Below, in pieces: positions 35,792 through 41,468 of a stretch of DNA of 41,468 nt; the first letter of the stretch is position 1, and each line of letters opens with the position of its first letter. The position numbers and the translations under genes were made by a program. The DNA is from a virus (lineage: Duplodnaviria; Caudoviricetes): positions 1 to 41,468 of IMG/VR virus record IMGVR_UViG_3300032212_000048; one strand, 5' to 3'. The notes below the pieces were generated by a model. It saw only the letters and a list, made by a program, of their open reading frames with translations. It searched no databases and was not told the origin of the DNA.

Positions 35792-37296
35792 TGGACTATC
35801 TGATTGGAATCGACTTTGGCACAACCAATTCTTGCGCCGTCTACAATGACGCGGGCAAAGAGCTGGTGATCGAAGCGGCGAGCGGGCAAAACACTATGCC
35901 TAGCGTTGTCGCGGTCAACACAGATGGCTCTTACCTTGTGGGGCAGAGCGCCCTGAAGCGCCTGATACGCGGGCGCAAGGAAGAGGCGCGCTATGTGTTT
36001 ACGAACATTAAGCGCGAAATGGGCCGCAAGGTGCCAGAAGGCGAAGCGCTAGAGGAACAAATGGACGTGGACGAAGACCTTAACAGCGTCTTTCGCGGTC
36101 CTGATGGCCCGATAGCCCCGCATGTCCTGGCCGCGCAGGTGCTGTCAACGATCAAGGCGGCGGCTGAGCGACGTATCGGCAAGAAGGTACGCGGCGCGGT
36201 TATCACGATTCCTGCGGGCTATTCTCCGGACCAAATTGAAGCGACCTACCAGGCCGCAGAGCTGGCGGGATGGAAGCGCAACAAGATCACCCTGCTAAGC
36301 GAGCCTGAAGCCGCTGCGATTGCGTACAGCTTTGACAAGGGCCAGTTTCGCCGGGTGCTGGTGTTTGATATGGGCGGCGGCACGCTTGACGTTGTCTTGA
36401 TGGACACAGGCGCCGATAAGCTGACCACGACAGGCAAGGACGGGTCACAATGGCTCGGGGGCATCGACTTTGACCGCCGCATAGAGAGTTACATTGTTGA
36501 TAACTTCAAAGGCGATACGGGCATTGATTTGCGCGATAAGCCTATTTCCATGCTGAAAATGCGGCCAGTTGTAGAGGATGGCAAAAAAGAGCTAACAGAC
36601 ACGGACCAGGTTAAGATTTTCATTGAAGACGGCGCGCTAGATACCGAAGACGGGCGCTTTATGGACGTAAAGTATGAAATCTCCCGGCCTCAATTTGAGG
36701 GCATGGTGCAAGACCTGATTGATCGGGCAATGGGCCTGGTTGATAGCGCCTTGCAGAGCGCTGGTGTGCAGCCTGAGCAAGTACAAGATGTTGTGCTTGT
36801 GGGCGGTATGACGCGTGTGCCGGCCATTCGTGAGGCTCTGTCGAAGTATTTTAGCCCGTCAAAGATCCGCGACACGATTAGCCCGGACACGGCAATTGCG
36901 CGCGGCGCTGCGATTCGGGCGGCTGAACTGGACGGGCGCCTGGTTGACCGGCGCACCTATGACCAGATCAGCGCGCACGCTTACGGCATTGCAGGGGCGC
37001 GCGATGAGTTCATTTTGTTTATTCCAAAGGGCGCAGACGCAGGCACGAAAGAAACCCGCGTCCTGAGCAACCAGAAGAAAAACCAGACTGAAATTCCTAT
37101 CGCGGTGCTGCAGGGGCAGAACAAAAAAGCCAGCACAAACACGCTTGTTGGCGAGCATCACGTAACAATTTTGCCACAAGCGAAGGCTAGTGCTAATGTC
37201 GAGCTGACGTTTGAGGTTCTGGAAGACGGAACCCTAAGCGTTTACGGGCAAGACCTCGATTCTGAAGAGAGGTTTACGATTATAGGGGCGGGCTAA
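35791..37296 (+). CDS. dnaK: Divergent Hsp70/DnaK-family ATPase lacking the helical lid
   Basis: GIDFGTTNS, TMPSVVA, IKREMG, AVITIPA, EPEAAAIAY, VFDMGGGTLDV, LGGIDFD, LVGGMTRVP, PDTAIARGAA, NQTEIPIAVLQG. Confidence 0.95.
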   Translation: MDYLIGIDFGTTNSCAVYNDAGKELVIEAASGQNTMPSVVAVNTDGSYLVGQSALKRLIRGRKEEARYVFTNIKREMGRKVPEGEALEEQMDVDEDLNSVFRGPDGPIAPHVLAAQVLSTIKAAAERRIGKKVRGAVITIPAGYSPDQIEATYQAAELAGWKRNKITLLSEPEAAAIAYSFDKGQFRRVLVFDMGGGTLDVVLMDTGADKLTTTGKDGSQWLGGIDFDRRIESYIVDNFKGDTGIDLRDKPISMLKMRPVVEDGKKELTDTDQVKIFIEDGALDTEDGRFMDVKYEISRPQFEGMVQDLIDRAMGLVDSALQSAGVQPEQVQDVVLVGGMTRVPAIREALSKYFSPSKIRDTISPDTAIARGAAIRAAELDGRLVDRRTYDQISAHAYGIAGARDEFILFIPKGADAGTKETRVLSNQKKNQTEIPIAVLQGQNKKASTNTLVGEHHVTILPQAKASANVELTFEVLEDGTLSVYGQDLDSEERFTIIGAG

Positions 37297-38501
37297 TGGC
37301 GCGACAGTTCGGAAAATGGTTTGCAGAGGGCATAGCCCATTTTGAGGGGAGCCGCGCAGGCGGCATAATCCTCACGGCAGAGCGTGACAGCGGCGGGGTC
37401 TGGACTGGCCCTAATGGCATGATCACAAACCCGGCCGGAACGCCAGTCTATGAAGGCCAGACATGGACGATTGACGAGGCGGTTGCGCTCTACACAGACG
37501 GCAAGGAAAGCTTTGCTGCGCATGTCGAGAAAGTGCTTGGCGATCTGAACTCTAAAGTCACTCCGATGATGTTTGACGGGCTGGGTCTGCTTTGCTGGAA
37601 CATTGGCAAAACGGCGTTTGCTCGCTCCACGGTGGTTGAAAAGCTACGTGAAGGGCGTTTTGAGGATGCTGCAGCGGCTTTCTTGCTCTGGAAGGGCGAT
37701 ACCATGCACGGGGGAAGCAACGGGCCTGACGGCAAGCCTGTGCGCGGCCCTGACGGCAAAGAGCTGCCTAAAGGGGTGGCATGGTTCAAATTGTTCCGGG
37801 GTTTGTACCGTCGCAGCATGTATGCCGCGCTCTTGTTCATGAAGCGCGACCCGGCCTTTGCGGCGAATGCTGCCAACATTGCGCTTGGCAAGATGACGAC
37901 AACGCGCGGTGCAGATTATTTTTATGATGTGATGATCCAGGAACAATCGACTTCTTGGCGCGACGCGCTGGACGCAAGCCCGGTTGTGACAGAGGAAGCG
38001 CCTAAGCCCGCTCCTAAGCCTTCCAGCGTGCCTGAGCTGCCTGCAGACTGGCATTTGTACTCAGATTCCGAAAAAGTCGCTTGGCTCAACACTGGCCAGC
38101 TTCGCGATCTTCAATCGAAGGGAGGTGATCCAGTCTCGCCGCAGGTCGTGCCTGTGAAAAAGGTGCGTCCGGTTAAGCAGGTGCGCCCTGCAAGTGAAGT
38201 GCCTTACCTTTCGGACGAAGCCAAGGCCGACATAAAGACTAAAAAGGTTAGCCAATCCAAGCGCGGCAACGCGTTTGCAAACAAAAAGATTGCGGGCACC
38301 GTTGGCACGGTGTCGATTGCGGGCATGGCGGCTGACCAGATCGGCGCTGTTGAGCCTGTTCTGAAGGCTGCCAACACCTACGGCAACGCTACAATTGGTT
38401 ATGTGTTGCTCGCCGGTTTGGGATTGGCCGTGATTTACTGGATTTGGGGTGAATACCTTCAGCGCTGGGGCGAAGAGGACGCCGACACGCTGCTAGAATG
38501 A
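37296..38501 (+). CDS. Endolysin, GH24-like lysozyme with Pro-rich linker and C-terminal hydrophobic segments
   Basis: HFEG...ERDSGGVWT, MFDGL...WNIG..AFARST....L..G....AAAAFLLW, GLYRR; TM IGYVLLAGLGLAVIYWIW. Confidence 0.85.
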   Translation: MARQFGKWFAEGIAHFEGSRAGGIILTAERDSGGVWTGPNGMITNPAGTPVYEGQTWTIDEAVALYTDGKESFAAHVEKVLGDLNSKVTPMMFDGLGLLCWNIGKTAFARSTVVEKLREGRFEDAAAAFLLWKGDTMHGGSNGPDGKPVRGPDGKELPKGVAWFKLFRGLYRRSMYAALLFMKRDPAFAANAANIALGKMTTTRGADYFYDVMIQEQSTSWRDALDASPVVTEEAPKPAPKPSSVPELPADWHLYSDSEKVAWLNTGQLRDLQSKGGDPVSPQVVPVKKVRPVKQVRPASEVPYLSDEAKADIKTKKVSQSKRGNAFANKKIAGTVGTVSIAGMAADQIGAVEPVLKAANTYGNATIGYVLLAGLGLAVIYWIWGEYLQRWGEEDADTLLE

Positions 38502-38800
38502 CGCCGATTTTTGCCGCCTTCGACTTCGTGCGCCAATCCAAAGCGGCGCAAATTATCCTGACAGTGGGGGTTATCCTCCTGATCTGGTTCGCAAACAATG
38601 CGTATCAGCGTAGAATAGGCAGTTCCAAGGCGCGGGCTAAGGCCCGTGAAAAGGAAATCGAAGTCATAGAAGAGGTAAGAGACAATGGGGCAGAAATCAC
38701 TGAACGTGCAAAGGCGGCTCGCGCCGCTGCTATTGCCGCTAACTATCCTGACGCTGACAGCGTGCCAGACCACCTCGCCGCCGTCCTCTTCGACGATTGA
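38498..38800 (+). CDS. Inner-membrane spanin (Rz-like)
   Basis: N-terminal TM, then a helical domain; follows the endolysin with an ATGA overlap. Confidence 0.72.
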   Translation: MTPIFAAFDFVRQSKAAQIILTVGVILLIWFANNAYQRRIGSSKARAKAREKEIEVIEEVRDNGAEITERAKAARAAAIAANYPDADSVPDHLAAVLFDD

Positions 38801-38963
38801 GGGCCTGGTCGAGGATAACGAAATCATCACGCGAGACGCTGCCTGCGAGGCGCTGAAGCCTGAAAAGGTAACCCGAGTGGCATTTAACGCCATGACTCAA
38901 CCAGAGCGCAACGAGCATGTTGCAGACGCTGCGGCCTGGGAATCGCTATGCGGCGCGCAGTAA
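38706..38963 (+). CDS. Outer-membrane spanin lipoprotein (Rz1-like)
   Basis: Overlaps the i-spanin in another frame. Signal and lipobox (M)QRRLAPLLLPLTILTLTA-C. Start is GTG 38706 or ATG 38685. Confidence 0.8.
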   Translation: MQRRLAPLLLPLTILTLTACQTTSPPSSSTIEGLVEDNEIITRDAACEALKPEKVTRVAFNAMTQPERNEHVADAAAWESLCGAQ

Positions 38964-39421
38964 GGGCCTCTCAACCCGCCAAACGGCACGAAATTCCCGC
39001 ATGGGTCGGTGCGCCGCTCTGGGCGGTGGGCGGCTTTGCAAAGCGGCACTGGAAAACAAAAGCGTGGATAGCCGCGGTTCTGGTGGCGGGCTACACGCCT
39101 TACGTGATGCACCGGCATGCACATTACATAGAGGATTACCGGTGCGATAAAATCACTGTTGCGGCGCAAGTGGCCTATCAACACGGTTGCTTTGGCCGGG
39201 AATGCTCTGAAGACCTGCTAGCCTACGAACAAACCGTTTTAATGACGTATGGCGCGCTGCAGGAGGGGTGCTATGCGCCTGCGCCTATCCGGCCTGACGA
39301 AGCGGTTTCAATGTTTGTTAATGCGGCTGGCGATGCGTTGCAGGGATTGCAGGAGACGGACGCTGTTTTGCCTGAACCGCCAAACCCAAAGCCCACGCTG
39401 GTTGCAGACGTGGGCGGTTGA
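38948..39421 (+). CDS. Hypothetical membrane-anchored protein with four Cys
   Basis: Last ORF of the late operon; WIAAVLVAGY hydrophobic stretch; start uncertain. Confidence 0.6.
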   Translation: MRRAVRASQPAKRHEIPAWVGAPLWAVGGFAKRHWKTKAWIAAVLVAGYTPYVMHRHAHYIEDYRCDKITVAAQVAYQHGCFGRECSEDLLAYEQTVLMTYGALQEGCYAPAPIRPDEAVSMFVNAAGDALQGLQETDAVLPEPPNPKPTLVADVGG

Positions 39422-39430
39422 GGCTATATT
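39402..39430 (+). promoter_or_regulatory. Sigma70-like promoter for the candidate sRNA
   Basis: TTGCAG-N17-TATATT, with GC preceding the -10. Confidence 0.55.
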
Positions 39431-39436
39431 AGTCGG

Positions 39437-39538
39437 GCAGGGGCAACTTTCACCGGACCCACCAGCCCCCCCAGCCCCCCGGTTGGAGTTATCCTGTAGC
39501 CCCCGGACTCCGCTTGTAAGTGGTGCCGGGGGTTTTTT
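39437..39538 (+). ncRNA. Candidate ~100-nt small RNA with a C-rich loop
   Basis: Upstream promoter; long hairpin 39437-39497 with 22-nt loop ACCCACCAGCCCCCCCAGCCCC; then a terminator. Confidence 0.55.
39500..39538 (+). terminator. Intrinsic terminator ending the late operon / sRNA
   Basis: CCCCCGG...CCGGGGG followed by TTTTTT. Confidence 0.85.
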
Positions 39539-39542
39539 GTTT

Positions 39543-39932
39543 CTAAAACCTGCGTAATTCGTGCTGGCTCAAATCCCATTTCATGAAGCCGCCGAGCGTC
39601 CACAAGTCTTCTGGAACGCTATCCCCTTCAAACATGAGCCACAAAATGTGCGTGTGTCGCTTCTTCATCTCTTCGCGCACGAATTGTGCGGAAACGATAC
39701 TCAGCTTTACCCGATCCGTGGTTTCAACTGGCTCGGCTGGAACTGTTATCTCATGAAAAGCCGGGGCTTTGCTTGCTACATGCAACTCAAACCACCCGGG
39801 AAATGTGCCTTGTCTGTATCTGTCCAGATAGCTGCCCACAGGAGCAGACCCATCGTCTAGATAGACACCCTGAATTAGTCCGAATCGATTCATCACGGGG
39901 ACAGCCTCTAATCCGTTATGTCGTTCTCTCAT
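39543..39932 (-). CDS. Hypothetical protein
   Basis: GAGGAAG upstream; converges on the terminator. Confidence 0.7.
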   Translation of the reverse strand: MRERHNGLEAVPVMNRFGLIQGVYLDDGSAPVGSYLDRYRQGTFPGWFELHVASKAPAFHEITVPAEPVETTDRVKLSIVSAQFVREEMKKRHTHILWLMFEGDSVPEDLWTLGGFMKWDLSQHELRRF

Positions 39933-39957
39933 CTCACTTCCTCACTAGGGTTAGGGG

Positions 39958-40476
39958 CTAGGCTGCTGGCATCGCTTCTTGCGGCTCAGAGATTATGCGA
40001 CCAACGCGGTTTAAGTCCATATCCCTCGAATCAACCGTCCCAAACGCCATTATGTTTTGAAGCATCCGGATTGCGAAATGAGCTAACAGCATCTGCATGA
40101 TGGTAGGCTTGTTGATAAATGATTGTCTCTGGAACGGCCTATAACGGTGGGTGCCCGCTGACTTCCAGTTTGGGCCTTGCCACCAGACCCTCCCAAACAT
40201 GATGAGCCTGCCCGACCATCTGTCGAAATTTCGGCTCAGTTCAAACTTGAGCAGCCACCTCGGGCGCGTGTTGATCATCCATTGCTTCGGGTTCCAGTAG
40301 TAGGCTAGAATGCGCGCATAGGGCGGTTTGTCACGCGACCAGCTCGGCAGATAATCAAGCCGGTCCGGACGTCGCAAAACTGTGATTGACGGCAGGCGTT
40401 TGTGCCACCATTTGCGCTCAGTCTCGATCTTCAACCAATTGACCCGCTTCGGATGCTTGTAAGCCCCTCGCATCAT
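39958..40476 (-). CDS. Trp/Arg-rich hypothetical protein
   Basis: AAGGAGAGAG RBS. Confidence 0.7.
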   Translation of the reverse strand: MMRGAYKHPKRVNWLKIETERKWWHKRLPSITVLRRPDRLDYLPSWSRDKPPYARILAYYWNPKQWMINTRPRWLLKFELSRNFDRWSGRLIMFGRVWWQGPNWKSAGTHRYRPFQRQSFINKPTIMQMLLAHFAIRMLQNIMAFGTVDSRDMDLNRVGRIISEPQEAMPAA

Positions 40477-40501
40477 CTCTCTCCTTCTGTCTGTAGGGGT
40501 G

Positions 40502-40807
40502 TTAGTCTGCTTTGCAGAAATGGCTTGCGCGGCGAGTCACAAACTCGCGGCACACTTTGCGGAACTCTGGCCCGTGCATCTCGATTTTGTTGCCGTAGCG
40601 CTTCCAGGCCTCGAAATGCGCCATTTCGTGCAGGATGACCTGATCCATATCGGGGCCCATTCGGCTTTGGTTAACCACAATCCAGCGTTGCCCAGAATCT
40701 GTGAGCGTGGCGCGGGCGGTTTCCCGAGCGGTGATCAGTTCACCGTCTGGCTCCATGATGAGCAGGCGGACGGCACTAAGGGCGGCTATCGATAGTTTGG
40801 TAATCAC
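40502..40807 (-). CDS. SprT-like zinc metallopeptidase
   Basis: VILHEMAH...HGPEF; AGGAG RBS, GTG start. Confidence 0.8.
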   Translation of the reverse strand: MITKLSIAALSAVRLLIMEPDGELITARETARATLTDSGQRWIVVNQSRMGPDMDQVILHEMAHFEAWKRYGNKIEMHGPEFRKVCREFVTRRASHFCKAD

Positions 40808-40816
40808 GGCGCTCTC

Positions 40817-41182
40817 CTATGCTGCTATGGCGTCAAGGACTGCCACACGGTCAAAGTCCCAGCGCACAGCAAAGCCGCGCCAGTAGAGCTGTGACCACTT
40901 GCGGCGCCCCTTATAGCGCGATTCTGATACGCTCTTGTGATGCTCATAGCCAAGGATGCGGCGATAGTCTTGTTCGCTGAACTCGTCGTCAGCAACAATT
41001 TGAATGGCAACAGAGAACCAGGCGCGCAAGTTTACGTGGATTTCGCGCTTGACCTTCCGTTGCAGGAACTCAAGCGAAACCGGAAAGCCGAACTCATCGG
41101 CAGACCGGGTAAGCACATAGTTGACAATACGCGCCATACGCGGCGTTAACTGAAGTGCTTTAGCTTGTTGTGGTGTTAGCAT
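40817..41182 (-). CDS. Hypothetical protein, possibly a divergent DnaA C-terminal-like HTH
   Basis: VSLEFL...REIHVNLR...FSEQDYRRILGYEHHKSV resembles the DnaA domain IV pattern (S...IG..FG..DHTTV). Confidence 0.55.
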   Translation of the reverse strand: MLTPQQAKALQLTPRMARIVNYVLTRSADEFGFPVSLEFLQRKVKREIHVNLRAWFSVAIQIVADDEFSEQDYRRILGYEHHKSVSESRYKGRRKWSQLYWRGFAVRWDFDRVAVLDAIAA

Positions 41183-41221
41183 GGGTGAAGCCCTTTTGTG
41201 GTTGGTGTTAAACTGATCTCT

Positions 41222-41468
41222 CGCCGTGGTAAAAACATGAAACTGCGGCGCTATAAGTGCCTGCGGATCGGGTGTATTTTACGACCAAATCGCCCACTGC
41301 TGGCGTGAACGTGTTGCCGCCTGCATCCGTGAGCGTCCCGCCTGTGCGGCAAATCGCTGGTATTTGAGAGGTCAATAAAGCCTACATAAGCGGTAGCCGT
41401 AATGTCCCCTGACGAAACCGCAGCAAAAACACTGCGCTCGCGCTCCGTCACCGTGGTTAGAATTTCGT
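41222..41468. repeat. Terminal redundancy: 41222-41345 = 1-124, joined directly to 41346-41468 = 403-525
   Basis: Direct sequence comparison. Confidence 0.95.

Larger units (their letters stand above)
1..41221. mobile_element. Complete or near-complete podovirus-like bacteriophage genome (Caudoviricetes), circularly permuted
   Basis: Full packaging, head, short-tail and lysis gene set. 41222-41345 is identical to 1-124, and an ORF continues in frame across the join. No host housekeeping genes. Confidence 0.93.

Noticed and set aside
35791-37296. Host dnaK from contamination or a prophage flank
   Set aside because: The gene overlaps phage genes at both ends (TAATG), is highly divergent and lid-less, and has no dnaJ/grpE neighbours.
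41251-41451. 66-aa ORF at the contig end
   Set aside because: It is a frameshifted chimera of the 316-aa gene created by the deletion junction.
41222-41468. Genuine T7-like direct terminal repeat or DGR template/variable pair
   Set aside because: The copy is chimeric and otherwise identical, with no adenine-specific changes. It cuts through a gene, and no reverse transcriptase is present. Assembly overlap is the better explanation.

Overview
The window is an essentially complete, circularly permuted tailed-phage genome with a unit length of about 41,221 bp. Bases 41222-41345 repeat bases 1-124, and a 316-aa gene reads across the join. The last 123 nt repeat 403-525, giving a deletion-type junction that may be an assembly artefact. 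Gene content is podovirus-like: TerS, TerL, portal, scaffold, major capsid, decoration protein, adaptor, nozzle, three internal virion proteins, tail fibre, lysozyme and spanins. The early region is lambdoid, with a Cro-like HTH, an iteron-containing replication initiator, an ERF recombinase plus YqaJ exonuclease, and an HNH homing endonuclease. I found no integrase, CI-type repressor, polymerase, helicase, reverse transcriptase, tRNA or CRISPR array. An alphaproteobacterial host is inferred from a GcrA-like protein and the promoter style. The most unusual region is the lysis cassette (33881-38963). It runs stand-alone PAS domain, membrane-anchored coiled coil, polytopic membrane protein with a peptidoglycan-binding domain, lid-less Hsp70/DnaK homologue with a degenerate linker, membrane-tailed lysozyme, then Rz/Rz1, mostly translationally coupled. 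Just downstream lies a candidate ~100-nt small RNA. Its C-rich loop is complementary to the atypical GGGGC(TG) ribosome-binding motifs in front of many phage genes. All family calls come from motif recognition by eye; no database searches were run.
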